Positions 20,244 through 29,576 of a stretch of 46,883 nucleotides of DNA are shown here, in pieces. The notes under the pieces were generated by a model that worked only from the letters and a program-made list of their open reading frames with translations, was not told where the DNA came from and did not search any database. The stretch is taken from NCBI GenBank assembly GCA_038316685.1, contig JBBQAU010000001.1, forward strand, positions 1-46,883, given 5' to 3'. The position numbers and the translations under genes were made by a program. Each line of letters starts with the position of its first letter. Position 1 is the first letter of the stretch. The DNA comes from Sphingomonadales bacterium (GTDB lineage: Bacteria; Pseudomonadota; Alphaproteobacteria; Sphingomonadales; Sphingomonadaceae).

Positions 20244-21641
20244 TTGCTCTTGCGATACTCAGGCCATAATCCAGCCTTATCGACAAAGTTGTCGTTTGGG
20301 GTCGGGGCGCTGAAGCATAACCTAAATTCAGATTCCGCGCGATCGGGCCAGCGCGCGCGATTGTGGCGCTTGTCAGCATGGCTTGATCAACATCCAGCCG
20401 CTCTTTCGATCTATGGCGGGCTGATGGCCTTTGGGGCTTATTTTGCGATGTATGCCTATCGCAAGCCATTTGCAGCGGCGGGATTTGTCGATGTTGATGG
20501 CACGGGGTGGCTTGCCTCGAATGGAATTGATTACAAGGTCGCACTCGTGATCGCGCAGGTGTGCGGTTATGCGCTGTCGAAGCTGATCGGGATTAAGGTC
20601 ATTTCCGAACTGCCCGCGCGCTGGCGGTCGCTGGCGATCCTGCTTTTGATCGGCATAGCGGAACTGGCGCTCGTCGGTTTTGCTTACATCCCGGCCCCCT
20701 GGAACATCATCATGCTGTTCGCCAACGGTTTGCCGCTGGGGATGATCTGGGGACTTGTTTTCGGTTTTTTGGAAGGGCGGCGCACGACCGAATTTCTCGG
20801 GTCGATCTTATGCGCCAGCTTTATCGTTGCCTCGGGCGCGGTCAAATCGGTAGGGAAATGGCTGTTGCTGAACGGCAGTGCCACTGAACTTACCATGCCG
20901 ATGGTGACTGGCCTGATCTTTACGCCTTTATTGTTTGTCTGTGTCGCGGGGCTGGCGACGCTGCCACCGCCAAATGCCGCCGACATCGCCGCCCGGGTAG
21001 AGCGTGGGCCGATGAACGCGGCTGCACGACGAACAATATTCAGGACCTATGCGCCTGGTCTGATTGCCTTGATCATTCTCTACGTTCTGCTCACTGCGAT
21101 GCGAGATTTCAGGGACAATTTCGCCGCGGAAATTTGGGCCGATGTCGGCATGGGCGACAAATCGGGCATTTTTGCGGTCTCCGAATTGCCCGTCGGGGCG
21201 ACAGTGCTGGTAGCGATGGCGCTGCTCGCGCTGTTCAAAGCCAACAAGCTGGCAATCATTGCCAATCTGTTACTCGTCGGATCGGGGCTGGTGATTGGCG
21301 GGGTGGCATCGATTGCGTTCCATCTACAGCTGATAGATCCGGTCAGCTGGATGATTGCGCTGGGGGCGGGACTTTATCTGTCCTATACCCCCTTTAACGG
21401 TGCGTTGTTTGATCGGTTGCTGGCGGCAACGGGCAAAGCGGGCACAGCGGGCTTCTTCATTTATATCGCTGATTCATTCGGGTATGCCGGATCGGTGTCG
21501 TTGTTGTTGATCAAGAATTTTGGCGGATTGCAGCTGCCCTGGGCGCAATTTTTGGTAGCGACATCTGTGGTGAGCGCAGTATTTGGCCTTGCCCTGCTCG
21601 CGTTTGCCGCCCGCTTCTTCATGCGAACGCTTGAGAATTAG
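20244..21641 (+). CDS. DUF5690-family multi-pass membrane transporter (MFS-like); true start uncertain, possibly 20361-20422
   Basis: About 12 hydrophobic segments; AYFAMYAYRKPF, GYALSKLIGIKVISE, FLEGRRTTE, RDFRDNF, DSFGYAGSV as recalled for this family. Confidence 0.75.
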   Translation: MLLRYSGHNPALSTKLSFGVGALKHNLNSDSARSGQRARLWRLSAWLDQHPAALSIYGGLMAFGAYFAMYAYRKPFAAAGFVDVDGTGWLASNGIDYKVALVIAQVCGYALSKLIGIKVISELPARWRSLAILLLIGIAELALVGFAYIPAPWNIIMLFANGLPLGMIWGLVFGFLEGRRTTEFLGSILCASFIVASGAVKSVGKWLLLNGSATELTMPMVTGLIFTPLLFVCVAGLATLPPPNAADIAARVERGPMNAAARRTIFRTYAPGLIALIILYVLLTAMRDFRDNFAAEIWADVGMGDKSGIFAVSELPVGATVLVAMALLALFKANKLAIIANLLLVGSGLVIGGVASIAFHLQLIDPVSWMIALGAGLYLSYTPFNGALFDRLLAATGKAGTAGFFIYIADSFGYAGSVSLLLIKNFGGLQLPWAQFLVATSVVSAVFGLALLAFAARFFMRTLEN

Positions 21642-21644
21642 GCG

Positions 21645-22208
21645 GTGGGCGATCCCAGGCTAGCCATAAATGAGGTGGAGCAACGATTGGACAGGGTTTC
21701 GGCGCTGTTGGCGTCAGAACCAATGTCGGATGCCTATGGCGAGTCGCTCAGCGTCAGGGAACATATGTTTCTGGCAGCGCAGCTGGCGGTGCAGCGCGGC
21801 GCAACCCCGGCGATGGTTACCGCTTGCCTGCTTCACGATATTGGCTGGGGGATGACGGACGCTGATGGCCCCCACGAGGCCAGCGGGGCCGCTTGGCTGG
21901 CTCCGATCTTTGGGCCTGCGGTTAGTGAGCCGGTCAGGCTGCACGTCGAGGCCAAGCGCTATCTTGTCGCGCGCGAACCCGGTTATTTTGACACGCTTTC
22001 AACAGCATCAAAGGAAACATTGACCCGTCAGGGCGGCCCACATTCCGATGACGAAGCCGCGCGATTTGAGCGCTCGACTTGGTTTGAAAGCGCGATTGCG
22101 CTGCGCCGGATCGATGAGGCAGCAAAGTTGGCGGGCGCAGCAACGGGTGTGTTTGATCAATTCCGCCCAATGCTGCGACAGGTCGCCCTAGCGCATCTTT
22201 TGCGCTGA
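21645..22208 (+). CDS. phnZ: HD-domain phosphonate oxygenase, PhnZ-like
   Basis: Diiron ligand pattern EH...LLHDIG...HE...LHVEAKRYL...LSTASKETLTRQGG...LRRIDEAAK. Confidence 0.75.
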   Translation: MGDPRLAINEVEQRLDRVSALLASEPMSDAYGESLSVREHMFLAAQLAVQRGATPAMVTACLLHDIGWGMTDADGPHEASGAAWLAPIFGPAVSEPVRLHVEAKRYLVAREPGYFDTLSTASKETLTRQGGPHSDDEAARFERSTWFESAIALRRIDEAAKLAGAATGVFDQFRPMLRQVALAHLLR

Positions 22209-22237
22209 GTTGCCAAACGCGACCTTACTCAGACGAT

Positions 22238-23833
22238 TCAGGACTCAGACGATTTAGGCACAGGGGCGGCATTTGCCGTGTTCTGCACCGGGGTCCTCAG
22301 CAATAAAACCAGCGGGGCCGCCAGTGCCGTCAAAATCATCATCAGCTTGAAATCATCCAGATAGGCAATCATTGCCGCCTGCCGGTTGATCTCCAAATTC
22401 AGCAAAGCCATCGCGGTATCGCCAGTTGAGCCAAAGAGTGCGCTCATCGCGGGGTCGATAGAATTCATGCTCGTGCTGGTCAGGTGGCCGCCCAATTCCT
22501 CGTGGCTGATCTGGATATTGCGTCCGAGCAGGCTCGTCACCATCGAAATGCCGACTGACGCGCCGATGTTGCGGAACAGGTTGGTAAGGCTTGCGGCCTC
22601 GGTGCGAAAACGCGGTTGCAGCGTTGCAAAGGCAGTGATGTTGAGCGGGATGAAGACAAGGCCAAGGCCGATCCCCTGGATAAAGCCGGTGATGATGAAG
22701 GGCGTTCGTTCCATCACCAAGGTCCACTGCGTCATCTGGTATAATGACCAGGCTGCAATGGCGAAGCCAAGGCCGATCAGCACGCGAGGCTCCACGCCGC
22801 GCTGGATCAAGCGGCCAGCAACCGCCATGCTGATCATGATGCCCAGGCCGCGCGGCATCAGCAGAATGCCGGTATCGAGCACCGGATAGCCAAACAGGCC
22901 CTGCAGCATCGGCGGCAGCAGCGCCATTGTGGCCATCATCAGGACGCCGACGATCAGCATGAAGCCTAATGCAGTCAGCAGATTGCGGTCGCGCAGCATG
23001 GCCCGATCAAACATCGGATGCTCGGCGGTTGCCATGTGCACCCCGAACATCAGCGTTGCGCCGAGCGCGACGAGTGCCTCGATCACGACCTCCCAGGACT
23101 GGAACCAGTCGTTTGACTGGCCACGATCGCACATCACCTGAAATGCGCCGATGGCGACGGCGAGCAGCGTAAAGCCAAACGTATCAAACTTGCGCAAATT
23201 CGTCGGTCGGGAGGGCAAGAGTGCCCAAAGGATCGCAAAACAGCCAAGGCCGACTGGGACATTGACGTAAAACACCCAGCGCCAATCGAAATTATCAGTC
23301 AGATATCCGCCGATGACCGGGCCAAGCACTGGCCCGACCATAATCCCCATGCCCCAGATCGCCATTGCGCCCGCCTGTTGCGAGGGCCTGTTAATGTCCA
23401 TCATGACCGTCTGGCTGAGCGGGTTCATAAAGGCTGCAGCGACGCCTTGCAGAACGCGGAAGGCGACCATTTGGGGCAGGTTCTGCGCCAGCCCGCAGAG
23501 CATCGACGCAGCGATGAATGCGACCACCGAGATCAGGAACAGGTTGCGCGACCCCATGCGGTCGGCAAGCCAGCCTGTAATGGGAATGGCGACCGCAGAG
23601 GCGACAATATAGCTCGTCAACACCCAGGTAATGGTATCAGCCGTCGCGCCCAGCGACGCCTGCATGTGCGGTAGCGCGACATTGGCGATGGTCGAATCGA
23701 GTATCTGCATGATCGTCGCTGCCATCACGCCGATCGTCAGCAAGGCGCGGTTGGTAACCGGTAACGCGGGCAGATCTGCAACCAGGGGCGGGACCGGGGC
23801 GGCTGCACTGGCCGCAAGATCAGCGCTTGCCAT
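22238..23833 (-). CDS. emrB: DHA2-family MFS efflux permease
   Basis: LDSTIANVALP, WVLTSY, GPVLGPVIGG, WRWVFYVNVP; many TM segments. Confidence 0.9.
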   Translation of the reverse strand: MASADLAASAAAPVPPLVADLPALPVTNRALLTIGVMAATIMQILDSTIANVALPHMQASLGATADTITWVLTSYIVASAVAIPITGWLADRMGSRNLFLISVVAFIAASMLCGLAQNLPQMVAFRVLQGVAAAFMNPLSQTVMMDINRPSQQAGAMAIWGMGIMVGPVLGPVIGGYLTDNFDWRWVFYVNVPVGLGCFAILWALLPSRPTNLRKFDTFGFTLLAVAIGAFQVMCDRGQSNDWFQSWEVVIEALVALGATLMFGVHMATAEHPMFDRAMLRDRNLLTALGFMLIVGVLMMATMALLPPMLQGLFGYPVLDTGILLMPRGLGIMISMAVAGRLIQRGVEPRVLIGLGFAIAAWSLYQMTQWTLVMERTPFIITGFIQGIGLGLVFIPLNITAFATLQPRFRTEAASLTNLFRNIGASVGISMVTSLLGRNIQISHEELGGHLTSTSMNSIDPAMSALFGSTGDTAMALLNLEINRQAAMIAYLDDFKLMMILTALAAPLVLLLRTPVQNTANAAPVPKSSES

Positions 23834-24887
23834 AATCGCGGACGTCAATCGTGACCCTTGCGCTGAGCCCAGCGATCAGACGGCGGGGGCTGTTTTCGTC
23901 GATGGCGATTCTTACGGGCACACGCTGCGTTACCTTTACCCAATTACCCGTCGCATTTTGAGCGGGCAGCACCGAGAATTCGGAACCTGTGCCCGCCCCG
24001 ATTGATTCGACATGACCCTTTAATTTCAGCCCACCATACGCATCAAAGCTGACCGTTGCGGGCTGGCCAACGCGCATCTTGTCGAGATCGGTTTCCTTGA
24101 AATTACTCTCAATCCAGGTGCGATCGCTCGCGACGATGCTCAGCGCGGCGAGCCCGGTCAGCATCGTCTGACCGATCTGGAGCCGGTCCGACTGGCTGAT
24201 CGTGCCGCTCGTTGGGGCATAAACGGCGGTCCGCGACAGATCGAGCAACGCCTTTTCGCGCTGAACGCGCGCCGCTGCGATTGCGGGATTGACGCCAGGG
24301 ACGGCGGTGCCCGTTGCGAGCTTGGCGCGCGCTTCATCTGCATTGCCCTGGGCGTTGGTAAGCGCCGCGCGGGCCTGCTGCACGCCATGTTCGGCCTGTT
24401 CAATCCTTGCCCGCGTCGTGAAGCCCTGTTTCATAAGCGTTGCCTGTCGTGCCAGATCCTCGTCGGCTGCAGCAATTCGGTCACGCGCAGCAACGATGTC
24501 GGCCCCTGTTCCACGATAGGTCGATTGCAAGCTGGTGACGTTAACCTGCGCGGCGGCAATGGCGGCGTTCGCTTGCTCAACGGCAATGCGATAGGGGGCC
24601 GAATCAATACGAAACAACAAATCGCCAGCCTTGACCTGCTGGTTCTCCTTGACCGCGACCTCAACAATCCGTCCGGCAACATCGGCGGCCACCGATACCT
24701 TATCCTGTTGAACATACGCGTTGTCGGTCGAAATGAATTGACCGGAAGTTAGCCAGAAATAGCCCGCGACAAGTATAATCAGCAGCGGGATGCCAATCAG
24801 TGACGCTCGACGAAGCGAAAAGCGAAGACGCGTTTTCGCGGGGGTCGTGCTGTCGGTGGCGATCCGCCCGGGATCAGCTTCAGCCAT
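23820..24887 (-). CDS. emrA: HlyD-family membrane fusion protein
   Basis: STDNAYV, NFKETDL, GSEFSVLPAQNATGNWVKVTQRVPVRI. Confidence 0.9.
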   Translation of the reverse strand: MAEADPGRIATDSTTPAKTRLRFSLRRASLIGIPLLIILVAGYFWLTSGQFISTDNAYVQQDKVSVAADVAGRIVEVAVKENQQVKAGDLLFRIDSAPYRIAVEQANAAIAAAQVNVTSLQSTYRGTGADIVAARDRIAAADEDLARQATLMKQGFTTRARIEQAEHGVQQARAALTNAQGNADEARAKLATGTAVPGVNPAIAAARVQREKALLDLSRTAVYAPTSGTISQSDRLQIGQTMLTGLAALSIVASDRTWIESNFKETDLDKMRVGQPATVSFDAYGGLKLKGHVESIGAGTGSEFSVLPAQNATGNWVKVTQRVPVRIAIDENSPRRLIAGLSARVTIDVRDYGKR

Positions 24888-25326
24888 GGGCGATTGCCTC
24901 ATTTTCATCGGAACCGGCCAAATTGGTCTGGATGATATCAAGTGCGCGGGCCATCTGCGCTTGCTCATCCGGTGCGACACCGATCAGAGCATGTTTCAGA
25001 AGTTCGTCAGCAATGACCCGCAACTGCGCGATCAGCGGACGCGATTGTGCCGTCAGGAATATCTTCCAGGCGCGGCGATCACTGGGATCGCGACGGCGCT
25101 CGACATGCCCCGCCTCTTCAAGCCGATCAACCATGCGGCACAACGTAATTGGCTCAACCTCAAGCAATTCTGCGAGACGGCCCTGGTTGAGCCCCTCGTT
25201 TCGGTTGAGCATTGCCAGCGTCCGCCATTGCGCGCGGGTCACGCCAATCGCACGTGCGCGCTCGTCGAACCGGCGGCGCAGAAGGCGCGAAACGTCCCCG
25301 ATCAGAAACCCTAGACTATCTGTCAT
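24880..25326 (-). CDS. MarR-family transcriptional regulator
   Basis: GVTRAQW, LAELLEV, DRLEEAGHVERRRDPSDRR. Confidence 0.92.
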   Translation of the reverse strand: MTDSLGFLIGDVSRLLRRRFDERARAIGVTRAQWRTLAMLNRNEGLNQGRLAELLEVEPITLCRMVDRLEEAGHVERRRDPSDRRAWKIFLTAQSRPLIAQLRVIADELLKHALIGVAPDEQAQMARALDIIQTNLAGSDENEAIAHG

Positions 25327-25361
25327 AGCCTACTTATAATAACTAAGCTTATCAAATGCAA
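25327..25361 (-). promoter_or_regulatory. Sigma70-like promoter for a probably leaderless marR-emrAB transcript
   Basis: Minus strand reads TTGCAT-N17-TATAAG-N6-ATG with no Shine-Dalgarno; spacer has the imperfect repeat ATAAGCTTAGTTAT. Confidence 0.5.
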
Positions 25362-25380
25362 TGCTTACGACTTTAACAAG

Positions 25381-25398
25381 TGTCAACGCGGCGTTACA
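25381..25398. promoter_or_regulatory. PpsR/CrtJ-type box upstream of ccmC
   Basis: TGTCAACGCGGCGTTACA = TGT-N12-ACA, 44 bp upstream of GTG 25443; same GTTACA half-site as the tspO/bchI box. Confidence 0.45.
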
Positions 25399-25442
25399 AC
25401 GACCATTGGATTTCCGGTCAATCTTCGGCTACTCTGCAGCTA

Positions 25443-26168
25443 GTGCCGTCGATTCATGCCCTTGCCAATCCTGCGCGGTTCTTAAAGCTGGCGCGACCGC
25501 TGACCCCGGCATTGTTCTGGGCCGGCGTTGGTTTGATCGTGTTTGGCTGCTGGGCCGGGCTTACCCAGACCCCGGCCGATTATCTGCAGGGCGAGACCGT
25601 TCGCATCATCTACATTCATGTGCCGACCGCCTGGCTCGGCATGGCGGGATGGAGCGGCATTGCGATATCGAGCCTGACCTTCCTGATCTGGCGGCATCCG
25701 CTCGCGATGCTCAGCGCGCGTGCGATGGCGCTGCCGGGCGCGGTGTTTGCCGGGCTGTGCCTTGCGACGGGTTCAATCTGGGGCCGCCCAACCTGGGGGA
25801 CCTGGTGGGAATGGGACGGTCGGCTGACGTCGATGCTAATTTTGTTCTTTGTCTATCTCGGCTTTATGGCGCTTGCGCGAGCCGATGCCGATCGTGGCGG
25901 CGATGGTCGCATTCCGGCGATTTACGGCGTCGCGGGCTCCGTGCTGTTGCCGATCATTCGCTACTCCGTCGTGTGGTGGAACACGCTGCATCAGGGGCAG
26001 AGCATCGGCCTTACCAAGCAATCGATCGACTCCTCAATCCTGTGGCCCTTGTGGTTTACGCTGGGGGGGTTCACGCTGTTCTTCGCTGCAATCGTATTAA
26101 TTCGGATGCGCACGATGCTCGCGGTTACCAAAGCCGAGGCGCGGATGCGTCGGATGGCGCGCCCATGA
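25443..26168 (+). CDS. ccmC: Heme exporter CcmC
   Basis: IYIHVP, WWD domain WGRPTWGTWWEWDGRLT, WWNTLHQ. Confidence 0.95.
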   Translation: MPSIHALANPARFLKLARPLTPALFWAGVGLIVFGCWAGLTQTPADYLQGETVRIIYIHVPTAWLGMAGWSGIAISSLTFLIWRHPLAMLSARAMALPGAVFAGLCLATGSIWGRPTWGTWWEWDGRLTSMLILFFVYLGFMALARADADRGGDGRIPAIYGVAGSVLLPIIRYSVVWWNTLHQGQSIGLTKQSIDSSILWPLWFTLGGFTLFFAAIVLIRMRTMLAVTKAEARMRRMARP

Positions 26169-26278
26169 ACCCCTGGCCCTTTGTCACAGCGGCTTATTGT
26201 CTGACACTTGCTGCAACCGTTGGCATTGCTTTGGCAAGCTGGCTTGCGATGCGCGCGGCTGAACGAGGCCCGAAATGA
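26165..26278 (+). CDS. ccmD: Heme exporter CcmD (37 aa)
   Basis: ATGA overlap with ccmC; MNPWPFVTAAYCLTLAATVGIALASWLAMRAAERGPK, single TM, canonical position between ccmC and ccmE. Confidence 0.8.
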   Translation: MNPWPFVTAAYCLTLAATVGIALASWLAMRAAERGPK

Positions 26279-26288
26279 AGTCACAGAA

Positions 26289-26723
26289 ATGAAAGCAAAA
26301 CATCAGCGATTGGTGCTTGGCGTGTTGGCGCTCGGAGCGATTGTCGGGGCAAGCGGGCTTGCGCTGTCGGCGCTCAAAGATCAGGCCGCGTTTTTTTATG
26401 CGCCGGGCGATGTAGCGAAGCTCGGCCTGCCGCTCGGCCGTGCTGTTCGGTTGGGAGGCATGGTCGAAGGCGGCTCGATCAAGCGCCAGCCTGATGGTGT
26501 AACGATCCGTTTCATCGTGACGGACGGCAAAGCAATCGTCCCGGTAAGTTTTAAGGGCATAACGCCTGATCTGTTTAAAGAACGGTCCGGCGTCGTTGCC
26601 GAGGGCGAGTTTCGTCCCGATGGCAGTTTTGAGGCGAGCAACCTGCTCGCCAAGCATGATGAACGCTACATGCCGCCGCAAATGGCTGGCAAAATGGTCG
26701 AGACGAAAAAGCCCAAACTATGA
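26289..26723 (+). CDS. ccmE: Heme chaperone CcmE
   Basis: VRLGGMV, PDLFKE, LLAKHDERYMP heme-binding motif. Confidence 0.95.
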   Translation: MKAKHQRLVLGVLALGAIVGASGLALSALKDQAAFFYAPGDVAKLGLPLGRAVRLGGMVEGGSIKRQPDGVTIRFIVTDGKAIVPVSFKGITPDLFKERSGVVAEGEFRPDGSFEASNLLAKHDERYMPPQMAGKMVETKKPKL

Positions 26724-28645
26724 TTGCTGAAGCCGGTCTGGCCGCCCTGTGGATTGCAGGAGCAATTGCGGCGTTGCAGTTTGCGCTGTCAGCCTTGGGA
26801 ATCGCACGCGGCGATCCAGAGGTGCAGGATGCCGTGCGCGCTGTTGCGGTGGTGCAGGGGCTGGTTGTGCTGCTGGCGATGGCGCTGTTGATGTGGCTGT
26901 TCGTCGAATCGGACATGTCCGTGCTGCTCGTTGCGACCAACAGCCATTCGGCCAAGCCGCTGATTTACAAGATCGCCGGGGCTTGGGGAAACCATGAAGG
27001 ATCAATGCTGCTTTGGGTAACGATCCTGGGGCTGGCGGGTGGTGCCGTCGCGATCCTTGAGCGACGCCTGGAAAAGGCCACGCTCGTGGCGACACTGGGC
27101 GCACAGGCGCTGATTGCGCTGGGGTTTTACGCCTTCCTGCTTTTCTCCTCAAACCCGTTTGCGCGTATTTCGCCCGCGCCTGCGGATGGTAATGGTTTGA
27201 ACCCGTTGCTGCAGGATCCTGGCCTCGCCTTCCACCCCCCAACGCTGTATATTGGCTATGTCGGCATTTCAGTCGCATTCTCGTTTGCGGTTGGGGCGAT
27301 GGTGATGCGCGATGTTGGCCCTGCCTTTGCCCGCGCGATGCGGCCCTGGGTGCTGGGGGCCTGGATTTTCCTCACGCTGGGCATCACGGCGGGTTCTTAC
27401 TGGGCCTATTACGAGCTCGGTTGGGGCGGCTGGTGGTTTTGGGATCCTGTTGAAAACGCCTCGCTGATGCCTTGGCTGGCGGCGACGGCTTTGCTGCATT
27501 CAGTGACCGTGCTCGCGACCCGTGATGGCCTGCGTGCCTGGACGATCATGTTGTCGGTGATTGCCTTTTCGATGTCGATGATTGGCACGTTCCTGGTTCG
27601 CTCGGGCATATTGACGAGCGTCCATGCCTTTGCGGTTGATCCCACGCGCGGCTCGTTCATCCTTGTGCTGCTTGCACTCTATATTGGCGGGGCGCTTGCA
27701 CTGTTTGCGCTTCGTGTTGGCACGATCCGACAGGGATCGACATTTGAACTGATTAGCCGTGAGGGCGCCTTGGTGGCCAACAACCTGCTGCTGTCGGTGA
27801 TCCTCGGCATCGTGCTGATCGGCACATTATATCCCATTCTCGCAGCAGGCGCGTTTGGCGTGCAATTGTCCATCGGCCCGCCGTTTTTCAACAAAGCGGC
27901 GGGGCCGGTCGCGCTCGTTTTGGTTGCGGTCATGGCTGCCGGGCCGCTTGTTCGCTGGCGGCGTGATGATGGCAACATGGTCATCTCGCGGATGCTGGTG
28001 CCAATCGGTGTGGCCTGCACCGTTCTGGCCGGACTGTTTTTCTTCGCGATGGAGGCGGGGCTGTTGCCGATTCTGGGGATTGGGCTCGCGGCAGGACTGG
28101 CGGTGGCAAGTGTCGCCCCGCTTTGGGGTCGTAATCTGCGCCGCACACCGCTGTTCACTTATGGCATGGTGCTCGCCCATCTTGGCATTGCCGTCAGCCT
28201 GGCTGGCATGGCGTCTGAAACTGCCTTCACCAAACAGACGCTGATTGCCGCGCGGGTGGGAGAGCTGCACCGCGTCGGGCCTTATACCGTGACGCTGCAA
28301 GGCGTGACGCCTGTGATCGGACCAAACTGGTCAGCACTTGAGGCGCGGTTGAAAGTGCAACGCGGCGATGATGCGCCCTTCACGCTTTCGCCCCAGTCGC
28401 GTTTCTTTTCAAACCCGGTGACGGTGACGAGCGAGTCGGCAATCGCAACCGTCGCTGATGGTCAGCTTTATACCGTGCTCGGCCAACCCGATGCGGCGGG
28501 CCGTTGGCAGTTGCGGCTGTGGTGGAAGCCGTTTGTGACGCTGATCTGGGCGGGCGGTGCGCTGATTGCACTGGGCGGTGCGCTTTCGCTGATTGGACGG
28601 GTTCTGCGCGAAAATCGCACCACGCTGCGTGAGGCGCGGGTGTGA
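26720..28645 (+). CDS. ccmF: Cytochrome c heme lyase CcmF
   Basis: WGNHEGS, FHPP, WAYYELGWGGWWFWDPVEN, SVHAF. Confidence 0.96.
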   Translation: MIAEAGLAALWIAGAIAALQFALSALGIARGDPEVQDAVRAVAVVQGLVVLLAMALLMWLFVESDMSVLLVATNSHSAKPLIYKIAGAWGNHEGSMLLWVTILGLAGGAVAILERRLEKATLVATLGAQALIALGFYAFLLFSSNPFARISPAPADGNGLNPLLQDPGLAFHPPTLYIGYVGISVAFSFAVGAMVMRDVGPAFARAMRPWVLGAWIFLTLGITAGSYWAYYELGWGGWWFWDPVENASLMPWLAATALLHSVTVLATRDGLRAWTIMLSVIAFSMSMIGTFLVRSGILTSVHAFAVDPTRGSFILVLLALYIGGALALFALRVGTIRQGSTFELISREGALVANNLLLSVILGIVLIGTLYPILAAGAFGVQLSIGPPFFNKAAGPVALVLVAVMAAGPLVRWRRDDGNMVISRMLVPIGVACTVLAGLFFFAMEAGLLPILGIGLAAGLAVASVAPLWGRNLRRTPLFTYGMVLAHLGIAVSLAGMASETAFTKQTLIAARVGELHRVGPYTVTLQGVTPVIGPNWSALEARLKVQRGDDAPFTLSPQSRFFSNPVTVTSESAIATVADGQLYTVLGQPDAAGRWQLRLWWKPFVTLIWAGGALIALGGALSLIGRVLRENRTTLREARV

Positions 28646-29169
28646 GACGGCTCTTGCTCTGGTTGCCCTTTGCGGTGTTTGCCGGTCTATTCGCGTTGGT
28701 GGCGATTGGCCTCTACAAGCCAGCCGACCGCACCGTTTATTCGGCGATGGTCGGCAAGCCGCTCCCCGCTTTCGCGCTGCCGCCGATGCTGCCTGGCAAG
28801 CCTGGTGTCGCAGCGATCATGTACCGCGACGGCAAGCCAAGGCTGATCAACGTCTTTGCCAGCTGGTGCATTCCGTGCGCCGCAGAGGCCGGACAACTCA
28901 AGCGCCTTCAAGAGTTGGGCGTCGTTATTGACGCAGTGGCGATTCGCGATACTGGCCCGAACATTCAAGGTTTTCTGGATCGCTATGGGGACCCGTTTGA
29001 TCGGATTGGCGATGATCCCGAAAGCGCGGTGCAACTCGCGCTCGGGTCAGCGGGTGTGCCTGAATCCTTCGTTGTTGATGGCAAGGGGATCGTCCGGCTG
29101 CAGCATGTCGGCGAAATCCGTGCCGATGATGTGCCAAAGATCCTGGCCGCTATCGAGCAATCAAAATGA
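28642..29169 (+). CDS. ccmG: Thiol:disulfide interchange protein CcmG/DsbE
   Basis: N-terminal TM, FASWCIPC, GVPESF. Confidence 0.92.
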   Translation: MRRLLLWLPFAVFAGLFALVAIGLYKPADRTVYSAMVGKPLPAFALPPMLPGKPGVAAIMYRDGKPRLINVFASWCIPCAAEAGQLKRLQELGVVIDAVAIRDTGPNIQGFLDRYGDPFDRIGDDPESAVQLALGSAGVPESFVVDGKGIVRLQHVGEIRADDVPKILAAIEQSK

Positions 29170-29576
29170 AGCGCGCTGCCTTCCTGCTGCTGATTGCGGC
29201 GAGCAGCCCGGCTTTGGCCGATTCGGCACTGCCGCCCGCGCGGCTTGCCGATACCGAGCTGCCTGACTCAAATCAGGAAGCCAAGGCGCAAGTCCTGATG
29301 CTCGAATTGCGCTGCCTGGTCTGTCAGGGCCAGTCAATTGCAGATAGCAATGCAGAGATGGCGGGCGATATGCGCGCGCTCGTCCGGCGGCGGATTGCGG
29401 AGGGGGAGAGCCCGGCTGATGTCCGTAAATGGCTTATCAATCGCTATGGCGATTATGTGACCTATGATCCGCCACTGAGTGCAGCCACTGCACCGTTATG
29501 GATCGCCCCAATTCTGCTGATCGGGCTTGGCCTCATGATTGCGCGCGTGAGTTTCAAGAAAAGAAAGCGCGCCTGA
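29166..29576 (+). CDS. ccmH: Cytochrome c biogenesis protein CcmH
   Basis: ELRCLVCQGQSIADSNA, RYGDYV. Confidence 0.93.
   Translation: MKRAAFLLLIAASSPALADSALPPARLADTELPDSNQEAKAQVLMLELRCLVCQGQSIADSNAEMAGDMRALVRRRIAEGESPADVRKWLINRYGDYVTYDPPLSAATAPLWIAPILLIGLGLMIARVSFKKRKRA

Noticed and set aside
25361-26278. 305-aa ORF overlapping ccmC
   Set aside because: Only its last 37 codons (CcmD, ATG 26165) look like protein; the rest is an alternative frame of ccmC.
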